A stretch of 64,000 nt of DNA. Source: Felis catus. Taxonomy: Eukaryota. The translations under genes were made by a program, and so were the position numbers. Below are positions 1-12,617 of the stretch, one piece after another (within the stretch, counting starts at the first letter, position 1; each line of letters begins with the position of its first letter). The notes beneath the pieces are model-generated. The model saw nothing but the letters and a program-made list of their open reading frames with translations, did no database searches and was not told the origin of the DNA. The stretch spans positions 162,938,001 through 163,002,000 of the forward strand of contig NC_058368.1 of assembly GCF_018350175.1 (NCBI RefSeq), written 5' to 3'.

Positions 1-1598
1 CATCATATAGAACATGGCAATTAATGCACAACACAACACTTCTGGGTTTCTTCAGAAAGGGCTGTGGGTGCTTTATTCAGAAAGAACATGTGAGCATAGC
101 AAGCAAGCACTCAGAATGCAAAGGACCTTTCTAATAAAATGTCCAGGCTTTCCTTTTTAAATAAATAAATAATTAAGTAAATAAGTAAATAAGTAAATAA
201 ATAAATAAATATTCTTTTCTTAAATATAAATATGGGAGGCAAAGAAAAAGGCCTGACATACAAATCAGTATTCAAGGAATTTCATTAGTAAACTCAGGCT
301 TAATTATGGTAGATGTTGATATACAAAAGGAGAAATCAAATTAGTTCTTTACAGTAGCAGATAATTTTATGCAACAGCCATATCTTGTAGTACTGTGGCT
401 CTCAGCCCTAGTCCATTACAGAGTTGGTCTAAAACCAAGGTCTTTACCATACCAGAGGAGGTTCATGTTGGTCTGGGAGGTATGATTTCAAACTAGACTA
501 GGTACTCCTTAATGTACTTAGAGTCTGAAATAAGGACAGGATCAGCAAAATATAAAGTATATGGAAGAGTGGCCACAGACAAGTAGACTAAGGTTCAAGA
601 CAGGTCTCGAGTAACAGTGGGAAAGAAATGTTAACAAGGAAACTAATGCAGAGCAATGAGGCAAGAGAGGAAAGAGTTCCTAAAGACTCAACCAAGGTTC
701 ATTGGAGATGGGGTGTATAATGTCCCAATTAATTGGGGAACTTTTTCTTTTATGTGATAAAAGCATTAATCTACTTCCTACCCTAATCAAGGTAGCATGA
801 CAAGAAACAATGATCTTGCCAATAAAAGGCCTTCGTGTCTACGAGCAAATAGGAGGAAAACATAAGCTGAAGAGGACACCAATAAACTTCCTTGAACTTC
901 TCAAGTGTTTTACTGATCACTTAACTTCTCCCTTGCTCTGGTCTTCATTCCTTATGATGAAATATCTATAGTTAGCCATAGAAAGTAATGCTTATCTTTA
1001 TTAAATCTGCCAATAAGAGTACAATATCTCATGTAGAGAATGCTGTTTTTTTCAAGTTTAAAAATGTTTCAGCCCTCTATCCTGAAATTTCACTCACTCT
1101 CCTTCCACACCAATTTATTTGGTCAAACCTAGTAGACAACTCAGAGACTGAAACTAGTATATTATGTCCCGACATAAACACAAGCAATAAATATATTTTT
1201 AAAAATTATGTTACTTATGTCAAATGTAAATTGATTTTAGTATCTATAATAGTAATTTACTTGCTTTCCAAGGAAATTCAGTATTTTGACTACCAATAGA
1301 ATAATATCTAAATACTTGGGATCCTAGCTTCCTTTGATAGATTCTGTCATCCACTTATAGTCAAATACAAACAATGAATAACACTTTATATTTGTTTGGT
1401 CTTTATCGTTCAAAAAGTTCTTTATTAACATGATATTCATTGACACTTCTTTGTTCACTGGAGTTTTAGTATGTAAATGTCTTCCCTGTTAATAAGGTGT
1501 GAAACTTTAGGTAGGTGATGAAGAAAAAGAAGGTAAAAGTGCTGATCTCTCTACTCCATACATTTAAAAAGTTTTCTCCTATAAAATCTTATTCCTTA

Positions 1599-1815
1599 GG
1601 GTGCCTGGGTGGCTCAGTCAGTTAAGCCTCCAACTTTGGCTCAGGTCATGATATCACAGTTCATGAGTTTGAGCCCTGAGTCAAGCTCTGTGCTGACAGC
1701 TCAGAGCCTGTAACCTGTTTTGGATTCTGTGTCTCCCTCTCTGTCTACTCCTCCCTCCCTCCCTCCCTCTCTCTCTCCCTCTCTCTCAAAAATAAAGATT
1801 AATTTTTTTTTAATT
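1599..1815 (+). mobile_element. Can-SINE (SINEC_Fc-like)
   Basis: GGGTGCCTGGGTGGCTCAGTCAGTTAAG head, (CT)n tract, A/T tail, TSD ttattcctta. Confidence 0.9.
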
Positions 1816-2815
1816 TTATTCCTTACCTGCTTCCAGCCAGTCTTAATTTCATTTTTTTCTTTTCCCTGACTTATTTCCTAATTTCCAAGCTTTCTCTTTT
1901 TATTCTTTTAAAATATACTTCTAATCTATTATATTCTGAGAGCTATAGACTATTATTGCTGTTAGTCATTTTTCTTTCTGTTCTTCAAGTTAATGCCATT
2001 GACTTTTTATTTATAACTTTTCACCTCATGGATATTATAACTTTATAAAAATGTTAAGTATTTTGTCTCTGTTTTAGCTTGTTATCTTTTATTCAGGCCC
2101 ATTTTTTCTATTTTTAAATTAAAATTATCTTTACTAACATTTGAATAAAACTATTGTGTTTCCTTAACTGATGAATTTTCTACAATATATAAATAAGGAA
2201 CAGCAAGAAATATGGTAACAGTAAAGAGAATTCATTCTAAAAATAGCCACTTCTCTGGCTTTTAATTAAAATTTATGATAAAAAGACTTGTTTAAAAAAT
2301 CTATGTCTAGAAAATCAGGAGATGTGTTTTTTAACTAGCTGTTAGTAGTCTTATGATGATAGTGATACATTTCACTGATTGGAATAATTTGCTTGCTGGA
2401 ATTATTTTATGTCATTTCTTATATTAGGAGCTTGTAAACAGACATTGAACTTCAAGCAAATAGTACCAATTAAGTCTCATGAACCAGGAAGTATTGAACT
2501 ATAGGATTAGTAATGCAAGAAGACAATAGATATTTATTCCATCAAATTTTTCAATTAGTCTTTTAAATTTATTTTCTAGTTGATAACCCACTCTTATCAA
2601 GATAAAAAGAAAATCTTATGAAGTTTTCCCCTGTATTTTTGGTGTACTTTCCTTCCCTAAACTAAAATCAGAAATATCTCAAGAAGGCATTCATATTTAT
2701 TATGTATTTATTGAGTTTTTATTATGGGCTATGCGGTAATCTATACACCTTACATTCCTATGAAGAAGGTACCATTATTGCACCAGTTTTTTAGAGGCCC
2801 AGAAAGGTTAAAATA

Positions 2816-3557
2816 CCACATTTCAAGGACTCTAAGATGCTATCAACAGTAAGAAACACCATTATTTTATGTACCACCAAGAAAAAAAAATTACTGCAAT
2901 GACATAACAATACAATGCTTTAAGGAAAGTCCTATACTACGCAGATATTAGTTTCACCAGCTTTTGAAATATATTAGATCTACTAAGAAGGACTTGCCAA
3001 TTTTTCCTGACTCAGTTGCACAGTTCGGCACATGGTAGGCAGTCCTTTATCAGGTATCTTAATAAAAGAACAATAACGCTATCTCCTTTAGCAGCTTTCT
3101 TAATAAGAGAACAATAATGCTATCTCTACTTATGGGACTCCTTTACTTAAGTTTCATAAAACACTTGGATGTTATTTGCAAGAAAATGTGAACTAGCGGT
3201 CATTCGTTCAACATCAAATGTTTGCTTTACTAATATCAAAATTACATTCTGTTGTTGTTTCTTTCTAGATATATGACTTCATAACTCAATGCTTAAATAC
3301 TGCATCATCTTTTTGAAGAGTTAACCCAGCAGTTTCGCCTACTATGGACAGTCCCACTAAAGTATATAACTTACTTAAGGTAATGATAATATGAATGGCC
3401 ATGACAATTTTACCCATACTTAGCCAATACCTACTATGTCACAATCACATGCTGCTTTACAGTTATTTCAAGACTCCCATCAATTTAATACCAACCCAAT
3501 TTTAAATATGCTAAAATGTAAAGGAAAAAAGTGTGTCTTAGAATCAAAGAAATATGG
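2816..3557. mobile_element. TcMar-Tc2 (Kanga/MER104-like) DNA transposon relic
   Basis: Degenerate terminal inverted repeats ccacatttcaaggactctaagatgc ... gtgtcttagaatcaaagaaatatgg. Confidence 0.55.
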
Positions 3558-4413
3558 ACATTTACATTAGGTCTCACTATTAGTGAGTGCTATATAATAT
3601 CCCTGCTGGGTAGTCCTACTAGTGGTCAGGCCTACTAACAGATAAGAACCTATGGATGAGGAGAGATCTGATGTATCATTAGCCTTTTACCTCTTGGATA
3701 ACCAATAGAGCACAAAGAGAAGGACAGAGCTTGCTCTCTCTAAAACTTTTTACCAAAGGAGAATAGGATGCTACTCCTCAGTGGTCAGCATCTCTAGCAT
3801 CTCATCTGACTTTTGGGCTTAGATGAAAAGTAACAGACCCTACTGAAGAAAATCTCTCTGCCTAAAAGATCTACAACAGGCAAGCATAAACTCACCTTTA
3901 GTTCCACTTTCTACTCATTTCCAGAAAGTCATAGCATCTCTAGCCCCTGCCTGATAAGGGGTTAAAGCCATTATCCACTGCTCAACTCCACGCTTCCTTG
4001 CATGAATTCTTTAATAAGCTGCATTGCTTACTTAAATGACTCATAATTAACCACCAACCTCACAGAAAACACTGCCTGACTCCATTATTATCAGGGAAGA
4101 CATGCCCTACTTTAATTTCACCAACATGGCTTGCTCCGTAGCTACATTTTACTAAGAAACGGAGCTTTGGCAGGTGCTACCCCATGAAATAAGGCAAACA
4201 GCGGGATTTTTTCTAATCTACTAGGCTTCCTAAAGTATGGCGCATTATCCCTGTTTTCTTTCTGAAACTCAGCCTGGTACATTGTTAAAGGAAAGAGCAT
4301 AAGATACATAAGCTTTCTGTTGGATCCTAATATTACATGTCCATATGTAGGCTTTAGAACATCTGTTAGAACATCTGTTTCCCCATATTTTAGGCTTTAA
4401 TTTCTTTTCTTTA

Positions 4414-4623
4414 TAAAAAAAAATTAATGCATATTTATTTTTAAGAGAGAGAGAAAGGCAGACTGCAAGCAGGGGAGGGGCAGAGAGAGGGGGAGACAAA
4501 GAATTGGAAGCAGGCTCCAGGCTCCGAGCTGTCAGCACAGAGCCCAACACAGGACTCAAAACCACAAACTGTGAGATCATGACCTGAGCCAACAAAGTCA
4601 GATGATTAATCAGCTGAGCCACT
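4414..4623 (-). mobile_element. Can-SINE
   Basis: Reverse SINE body flanked by TSD ctttaatttcttttcttta. Confidence 0.9.
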
Positions 4624-5309
4624 CTTTAATTTCTTTTCTTTAAGGCCCCAGAAGCTCAAATCATGTTGACATGTGGAAGGTTTTTTCTTCTTCGTACACA
4701 ATTCACTGTCAGTAGCCCTGTATTTTATAAATGCCAAATAATTTTTTAATTGGTTCTTACAATTGGGTCTCATATGAATAAAAAAATTACTATTTATAAT
4801 ACCCAGAGAAAACCTCCTATAACACCCGAGTCATACTGCCTTTTCAACTCTTACCCCACTGTAATCCATTTTTTACCCCAAGCCATGTTTTAAAGTTCTT
4901 AAAACACTATTTCCTTACCTATATGAGTGACTTCCTATTGCATTAAAACCAAAATCTAAAGTTCTTACCATGCCCCACAAGGACCTTTGTGACCTAGCCT
5001 CTGCTTACTCTCTAACCTGTTATTCATTCATTCTCCCCACCAAGCAACTATGCTCCAAATACACAAGGCTTCTCTGAACTGAACATTCTTAAAACTTTGC
5101 TGCTCCAAGATGTTTCCACATGTGTCTTTTATGCCTGGAATTTTATTAATGACCATTCTTCACATGGATAACTTCTTCTCTTGCTTTAGGGTATTCCATT
5201 TAAATGCTCCCCATAGAGTGAAACCTACATTATTACCCCATAACTAAAGTACATTTTATGTAGAATTTTCCCTACACAATTGTTAATCAGTTGTTTTTAA
5301 TCTCTGTAT

Positions 5310-5503
5310 TTTTTAATGTTTATTTATTATGAAAGAGAAAGAGAGTGCAAGCAGGGGAGGGGCAGAGAGAGGGAGAGAGAGAGAATCCCAAGCAGGCTTT
5401 GCACTATCAGCACAAAGCCCAACATGGGGCTAGAACTCACGAACCATGAGATCATGACCTGAGCCAAAATCCAGAGTTGGACGCTTAACAGACTGAGCTA
5501 CCT
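5310..5503 (-). mobile_element. Can-SINE inside an L2-like relic (~4800-5600)
   Basis: Reverse SINE body with TSD taatctctgtatttttta. Confidence 0.85.
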
Positions 5504-6169
5504 CTAATCTCTGTATTTTTTAAAATCTGAAACCTACACAAGAATCTAAGCTCCATAAAGGTATAGGTGTTAGTTTCCATGTATCCTCAATATAATTCTG
5601 CCCACAACATAAAGGATACTTATGAAAAGGAGAAGAGAAAGCAAATTGAATGTAGAATCACTACTTAGAAGTTTGTTTGTTTGTTTTTATTAAACCCACT
5701 ATGTCTGTATTGTAGGCCTTGTTTCTCACCTAGAGAAGCAAAGAATTTTTCTCCATTTGAAACTGAGATGAAATAATTTCCATAAAATACGATGTTTTCA
5801 TGAATATTTGTTAACTTCTAGAGTTCTCTTCTAAGTCATTTAAACATAATAAAAAGATGTTAATACCTGTAAGTCTTACGTATTTCTTCAGGAAAAGAAC
5901 AAACACAAAATAATACAAAAGTAAAATTAAAAGAAAAGGTAGAAGGAAAAAAACTAGTACCATCCTCTGACACTAGCCATGTTCCCGGAAACGTCACTTA
6001 GGTAAGGTGGGTCCTATTTGCCATTATCTGTAAAATGAGTAAGTTAATTAAGGGCTTAAGTACCCCTCAGATTTAAGTTGAACACTTTATGGTTATTCTT
6101 TTAAACCCACTGTTAGAAAATATACAGGTCAACTTAATTGGCTTGTTCATATAAAATATTTTACTTTAC

Positions 6170-6279
6170 CCAAGTATTAGCAAATAAATCCTTGATACTA
6201 GTTCCAAGTTCCTTATCTTTAAACTTGTTGTCAAACGGATGAAGCTGTTTACGTTTCTCAGCTTTTATCTTTGCTGTAC
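6170..6279 (-). CDS. SLCO6A1: SLCO6A1 coding exon 6, 110 nt, phase 1-0 (absent from the ORF track)
   Basis: Acceptor cctatag|GT and donor TGG|gtaaag. Translation GTAKIKAEKRKQLHPFDNKFKDKELGTSIKDLFANTW resembles human (recalled) GSTRIKARKRKQLHFFDSRLKDLKLGTNIKDLCAALW. Confidence 0.93.
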
Positions 6280-6439
6280 CTATAGGTTAACGAGTAAAAG
6301 AATCTTATGACACATTCAAATAATTAAAACATACATACAAACATACGCACACATCTTAATAGTTTTTCTTGAAATGGCAAGTGAGCTATTTTTGAACAAG
6401 CTAAAGTCAATCTAAGTAAAAAAGCACATTCTTCTAAAA

Positions 6440-6629
6440 CAGTGCTGTCATAAAGAACATTCTATGATAATGAAAACTTGTCGTAGCCGTACTGTCCAAT
6501 ACTGTAGCCACGAGCTCTATGTAGCTATTAAATACTTGAAATATAGCTCCTATGACTAAGTAATCTTAATTTACTTTGAAATTTAAATAGCCACACATGG
6601 AAAGTGACTACAGTTTTTGACAACACAGC
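6440..6629. mobile_element. hAT-Charlie MER3-like element
   Basis: cagtgctgtc...actgtccaatactgtagccac...aaatagccacacatgg...gacaacacag resembles MER3. Confidence 0.65.
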
Positions 6630-7098
6630 CCTAAAATGTAAAAGAGTCATCTTTGACATTACTAAAAATATCTTGTGCCAATAAAATGTACTACCATTAG
6701 GAGAGTATTTGATTTCTCTAATGTTACATGTATTTTTTAGTGTTTCCAAAAGAATTTTAATAGTTATTACTTTATCTTACAATAATTCTTTCAGGTGGTA
6801 CATGTATTAAATAATGGTAGGTAAATAGATTTAAATATATTTCTTTTTAAAGAAAACTTATGAACTCTACCTTTTTTTAAAAATGACAAGAAACAAAAAT
6901 ATATACTAATGAAAGTTTGGCACATAAATAAAATAGTATTTGGCAACATGAAGTTTCATGTGTTCAAATAACACTAGCATATGTCATACCTCCATGACAA
7001 AAAGAAAAGTAGTTCAGCCATATTCTGAGAACGGGAAATGGGGGTGGGACAAGGAACCTACTGTATTTTAACTTAATGAATTACATTTTTACAGTCAC

Positions 7099-7220
7099 CT
7101 CGTACACTGTGTGGGAAGCATGACAATGGTATTAATGTTATCCATGCAGTAAGTGAGACAAAACCGAAATAAATCCACCAACTCCTCAGCCACTTGTGAT
7201 GATCATCAATGTCTTCAACA
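7099..7220 (-). CDS. SLCO6A1: SLCO6A1 coding exon 5, 122 nt, phase 2-1 (absent from the ORF track)
   Basis: Acceptor ttctctgttaaag|T and donor CGAG|gtgact. Manual translation SVEDIDDHHKWLRSWWIYFGFVSLTAWITLIPLSCFPHSVR covers the OATP signature region and TM6. Confidence 0.93.
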
Positions 7221-9779
7221 CTTTAACAGAGAAAAATTAAAAATTTCAACTTTGTGTATTTCATTACAAAGCCATAATCAAACAGAGAGAAAGAGAGAGG
7301 GACAGGGAAGGAGGAAGGGAGGAAGATCTTCTGTTAATTTGTCCCTATTGTTTGTTTTGCTGATTGTGACTCCTCCAGTTATGCAGGTTTCTTTTATCCT
7401 ACAAGATTCTAATTTGTTTCTCTTTTCTTTCTTTTCCCATGTTCACTCAGGTGGCACATGTAATTCTTTGTTCCTTTTTAACTTTTTTCGTCAACAGAAG
7501 CTATGCTTTTGGAAGATTACCCCTTTAACTCTTACCTATCCTTAAACATCATTCCTGCCCATTTAAATCATGCACAACCTTTAGGGCAAGCCTGGCCTTT
7601 AAGGTGAGCAACTAACCTTTTATCTGATATCTAACCCTTTACATTACATACACTTGGAAATGCCTTTCTTACAATTCCTTCTCTGAAATCAACTCAGATT
7701 GACTCTTTATCACTCTCCTGGTGGTCATACCTAATCACCCATAGTACTCTTTGTTAGCCTTTATCTTCCATTTTCCCTGCAGCTTTTTCTTGGTCTGCCT
7801 TGACAGACTTTGCAGTAAGCAGGGCAGGATGGGAATGTGAAGGATCCTGTGTTGATTTTCTTTTACTCACTGTTCATTTTGCAATTTCAGCACTATTTGT
7901 CTTCAGTCATGCTAAGGCCATGATCTTGCAGAAAATTTTCATAGTTATAAAGTTATTTTGTATCATTTAGGGAGAAGATTTGGAGACATTCATTACCATA
8001 CAGCTACCACTGTCTTCAATTCCACAGACGCATAAGACCTTGTCTGACCATCCATTGTGGGACAAAACCCACATAGTTAAGAACCACAGTTTTGAAGGTG
8101 CTGGTTTCTCGCAGGTAATTCTATTTGTCAACAGTGACCTGGTGAGGAGCTTGCATATAGGCCCTGCCTTTCACAGAAAGTGGAGAATATTCCCAGTTTT
8201 ATTTATTAGTGGGCTAACTCCTTATCCATTGTTATATTATTAAGGGATACAAGTTCCGACTTGCAATACTATTAGGTTGCAATCTTGAGTTCCATTATCA
8301 GAGAGGTATATATATCTGGACATGGTATGCATAGAAAGTTTCAACTCTAGATTTTCACTAAGATTATGTGTTTCCTCACTGATTAAAATATTTAGAATTT
8401 TTTTTCTCTTTTTACTTTTGAATCCAGCTATGTATTGTAACCATATGCATTATGCTATATATGATTATTACCTATCTGTAAATAATTGATAACCAAGAAG
8501 ACTGAGGAAAATAGTCCGAAAATGTAAGCAAAGAATTTAATAGGTGCCATATATATTAACAGATTTTCCTCTTACTAGAAATAATTGATTAAGAAGTAAT
8601 AATATAAAGATTCCAAGCGCATTACTAACAAAATAAATTACTAGGAATAAGCTTAATGGAATATTTTCAATAACAAAATTCCTAAGACTTCATTGAATGG
8701 CACAAAGGAAGAGCAGAGAAAATAGAGCAATATATTCTTACATAGAAAAATGACATTTATTCCCAATTTGATAAGTAAATTCAAGTATCTCAAATCAAAA
8801 TGTTTTCACTGTAACCTGAGACTATTAAGTTTATCTGAAAGAGTAATTTTGCAGAAATAGCCCCTGCTTTTTGGTGAATAATATTGAGGAAGGACTTACC
8901 CAACCAAATAGCAAATCATATATAAAGTTGTAGTTATTAAAACATTGTAGTACTGGCATGAAAATAGAGAGAGAGATCAGACAATGGATTAGAGAGACAA
9001 CAGATAAGAAGGAAACCTATGTATGCAAGAAATTTAACTTATGATATAGATGGTGTATAATATCAGTAAAAAATAAATTGATTTAAAAAAAAAAAACACA
9101 GAATGATCCATAAATGTCATCAATACAATGGGATATCCCTTTGAGGGGAAAAATAGAAGCTTTACCCATTTCCCATATTATATAAAAAAAACAAACTGAA
9201 ATTGGATATTACATTTAATGTGCAACTAAAACCACACAAGTACACTACAAGAAAAGGAAATTACAAGCCAATATCCCTGACGAGCACAGATTCAAAAATC
9301 CTCAACAAAGTATTAGGAAACCAAATTTAACAAGCCATTAAAAGGATCATACACCACAATCAGGGGGATTTATTCCAGGGATGCAAGAATGGTTCAATAT
9401 CTGCAAATTAATCAATGTGATACACCACAGGAACAAAATGAAAGATACAAATCATATGATCAGGTCAATTGAAGTGGAAAAATCATTTGACAAAATTCAG
9501 CATTCATTCATAATAAAAACTCTCAAGAAATTGAGTAAAAGGGAAAATGCATCAACATGATAAAGGTCATCATGACGAACCCATAAGATCAGGAGTAACA
9601 TAAGGATACCCAATCTCCTCACTTCAATCAACATTGCACTGGAAGTACTAGCCAGGTCAATTAGGGAAGAAAAAGAAATAAAGGCATTCAAATCAGAAAG
9701 GAATGAGTAAAACTATCTCTGAAGATGACATGATAGTAATAGAGAAAACCTAAATACTCCACCAAAAAGTGTGGACAAT

Positions 9780-9925
9780 ACCAAGACATGACTCCATTCT
9801 ATCAAGTCAGCTATTTCTGGATAAGGGCACAGAGTAAGACCAGTGAAATCTGTAGTTGTCATACTACAGATTTTTTGTCTTATCATATGCTCCCTTGTCA
9901 GATGCAATATTGTGGTATATACATG
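9780..9925 (-). mobile_element. ERVL integrase-core fragment
   Basis: Degenerate translation IASDKG...FHWSYSVP/YPEIADLIEWSHVL versus ERVL IASDQGTHF...IHWSYHVPHHPEAAGLIERWNGLL (recalled). Confidence 0.6.
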
Positions 9926-10266
9926 CAATTGACTAATTTTTGGCTTTAAAAAGAAAGTATTTTTACTGGCATATGCGATGGCATATGTTCAATAACCTTG
10001 AGGTCATTGTGCTAAGTGAAATAAGCCAGTCACAAAGAGACAAACACTGCATGATTCCACTTATATAAGGCATATGAAGTAGCCAAAATCTTAGAAAGTA
10101 AAATGGTGATTTTCAGGGGCTGGAGAGAAGGGGATAAATGGAAGTTATTGTGCAAGGGATATAGAATTTTAGTTTTGCAAGATGCAAAATTTCTAGCAAA
10201 CTGGTGCATAACAGTGCGCACATGGTTAACACTACTGTACTAACTATACACTTAAAAAAGGCTACA

Positions 10267-10487
10267 GGGGCGCCTGGGTGGCTCAGTCAGTTGGGTGTCC
10301 AACTTCAGCTCAGGTCATAATCTCGCAGTCCGTGAGTTCGAGCCCCGCATCGGGCTCTGTGCTGACAACTCAGAGCCTGGAGCCTGTTTCAGATTCTGTG
10401 TCTCCCTCTCTCTCTGACCCTCCCCCATTCATTCTCTGTCTCTCTGTCTCAAAAATAAATAAACGTTAAAAAAAATTTAAAAAAAAA
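10267..10487 (+). mobile_element. Can-SINE (SINEC_Fc-like) nested in L1
   Basis: Full head, body and tail, TSD aaaaaaggctaca. Confidence 0.92.
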
Positions 10488-10782
10488 GGCTACAATGATA
10501 AATTTTATGTCATTTGTTTTCTCCACAATTTTTCAAAAAAAAACCATATGCAGAATTAGTAATAAGGTTGTCTTTATAATGTTTTCAAACAATATATTGC
10601 ATTTCAAACAATAAAGATAAAAGTGTATTTATATGTACATAAATACACGTATCAGTCACATTCACGTTTTTCTTAAAAATATGGTATAACAAATTAAAAA
10701 TATACGTTTATAGGCTAAATATATCCAATAAATATTTCATATCACATAAACAACAACAAAAAAATGAAACAAAATGACTTAC

Positions 10783-10879
10783 CTAATAAGAAAAGTACTG
10801 TTTTCAGTCCCCTTCATAAGGGGTGCTCCTATCACATAAGCCAAAGAATATCCAAGTATTAATGAAGCGTCCATTAAGC
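10783..10879 (-). CDS. SLCO6A1: SLCO6A1 coding exon 4, 97 nt, phase 1-2
   Basis: Acceptor tttcatag|GC and donor TTAG|gtaagt. Translates GLMDASLILGYSLAYVIGAPLMKGTENSTFLI (TM5). Confidence 0.93.
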
Positions 10880-10989
10880 CTATGAAATGAACACTGAACA
10901 TCAAAAAACTACATAAGCCAGTTCTGTCATGATAAAAATTACATGGTTGAAATAGGTTACTTCTGAAAGTTTGATAACTAACTTTATTA

Positions 10990-11447
10990 GTTATGAGAAG
11001 CAGAACTGAGAAGCAGAACCAATAGGATATTGAGAGAGAGATTATAAATAATTGGCTCATGCAATTGTAAGGCCTGGCAAGTCCAAATTTGTAGAGTAGG
11101 CTGGCAGGCTGGAAATCCAGGTAAGAGTTAAAGTTACAGTAGTGAGTCCATTATTAAGCCTGAAATCCATAAGATAGACCAGAAGGCTGGAAAAACTCAG
11201 GCAGAGTTTCTATCTAGCAGTCTGGTGAAAGAATTGCTTCTTTTTTGGGAAACCCAAGTCTTTCCTCTGAAAGCGTTCAACCGATTGGATAAGGCTAACC
11301 AACATAATGGAGGGTAATCTGCTTTACTCAGAGTCTACTGACTGTGTTAGTCTATTTAAAAAATATAGCATAAATATCTATACTGGTGTTGAAACAAATA
11401 AATGGTTGCCGTAATCTAGTGAAATAGACACATAAAATTAGCCATCC
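10990..11447 (-). mobile_element. MLT2-like (ERVL) solo LTR
   Basis: Ends in gacacataaaattagccatc, the reverse of the MLT2 start TGTGATGGTTAATTTTATGTGTC. Contains gattggataaggctaacc...ggagggtaatctgctttactc. Confidence 0.75.
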
Positions 11448-12035
11448 TGTATTTCATCCAATGCATAAATAAAGAAACTTAGGCAAGTTAATTATATAAT
11501 TCACTGTATCTTATTTAGTCTATATATTTAATGTGATATAAATATATTTATATTTAATATAAATATACCCTGTTCAGACAGATGATCTACCAGGGCCAGG
11601 AGCTATTAAAACATAAGGAAATACAGATTATTATGAGATATACCCCTGGGTTATTTATTGTAGGATGCCATGACATAAAACACTGGAAACAGAGTACTAC
11701 ATTGTAGTCAATTAAACAGCACATCACTTCTCTTCTTGATGGGATGAACAAGATTATATTTTCATTAACTTCAAACTATCTGAGCTCCCCAAAACAGATG
11801 AAGTAAGTTAACGTATGCAAAAGGCTTAGTACAATGGTGATGACGATTTCAACACTGAATCTAGCGCTGAGGGGGTATGAAACAATATTTCTATCTCCTT
11901 ACGAACATGATGGCAGCAGCTTCCCACCTATGTCCCCAAAGCTTAAATATACAACTATGCAAGCAATTCAATATAATAATTTGAGTTTTTTTTCCCTGGA
12001 GAAATGAAACGCAGCCTATAAAGTTTGATATTACA

Positions 12036-12038
<3 letters not shown>

Positions 12039-12082
<44 letters not shown>
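12039..12082. repeat. (TA)n microsatellite
   Basis: About 22 perfect TA units. Confidence 0.95.
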
Positions 12083-12090
<8 letters not shown>

Positions 12091-12431
12091 TATAATACAT
12101 ATAAATGTTATATGTATTATATATATATTAGATACACACATAAAGAGTATAGATTTTATTACTTAAGACAGTATGTATCTTTCCAATTTTTCTTTATCTG
12201 TTTGATGACTTTCAGATGACTTGTCTACAATTCCAAATCTCAAGCAACTCCTCAGAATTAGGCAACTCAATGTGATTTTGAGGTCAAACGTACCTGTTAT
12301 TTTTATTATAATATTATCATAAGAGCCAATAATTAGCGCTTCCATATCAGCTTCAACATGTACACCAAGATATAAAAGCTCAATAAAAATTCAAAACGGG
12401 TCAATCATATTAGAGAGGGAAAACAACTTGC

Positions 12432-12617
12432 CTAGATAAATGCCAGCTGAGTGTGTGGCAACACTGTTGTCAATAAAGATTGTTCCAAGGATATAAAGAG
12501 GCATGCCTGCTATTCCCTGCACAATCTGCCCCAGGATGAAGGAAGCTATGTATTTTGCTTGGAATGATGGTGAGGCTTTCCTGCAAGTCTTGATGATCTT
12601 CATTTCTTGGCAAGTAT
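12432..12617 (-). CDS. SLCO6A1: SLCO6A1 coding exon 3, 186 nt, phase 1-1, GC donor
   Basis: Acceptor tttcaaaag|AT. Translates DTCQEMKII...FILGQIVQGIAGMPLYILGTIFIDNSVATHSAGIYL (OATP TM4 motif). Donor CTAG|gcaagt. Confidence 0.93.

Larger units (their letters stand above)
8560..10520 (+). mobile_element. Cluster of L1 fragments (ORF2 piece ~9250-9770, 3' end ~9930-10520)
   Basis: Typical L1 ORF2 text (ccaatatccctgacgagcacagattcaaaaatcctcaacaaa; gcactggaagtactagccagg) and 3' end text (ctaagtgaaataagccagtcacaaagagacaaacactgcatgattccac). Confidence 0.8.

Noticed and set aside
1..6169. Search for SLCO6A1 exon 7
   Set aside because: No phase-0 exon encoding the expected TM7 (..KNPV..) was found, so it is presumably beyond the window edge.
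10278..10469. Recurrent [14 protein letters not shown].. ORF family (also at 15142, 22549, 28300, 41543, 53893, 59579)
   Set aside because: Chance translations of Can-SINE copies, not a gene family or array.
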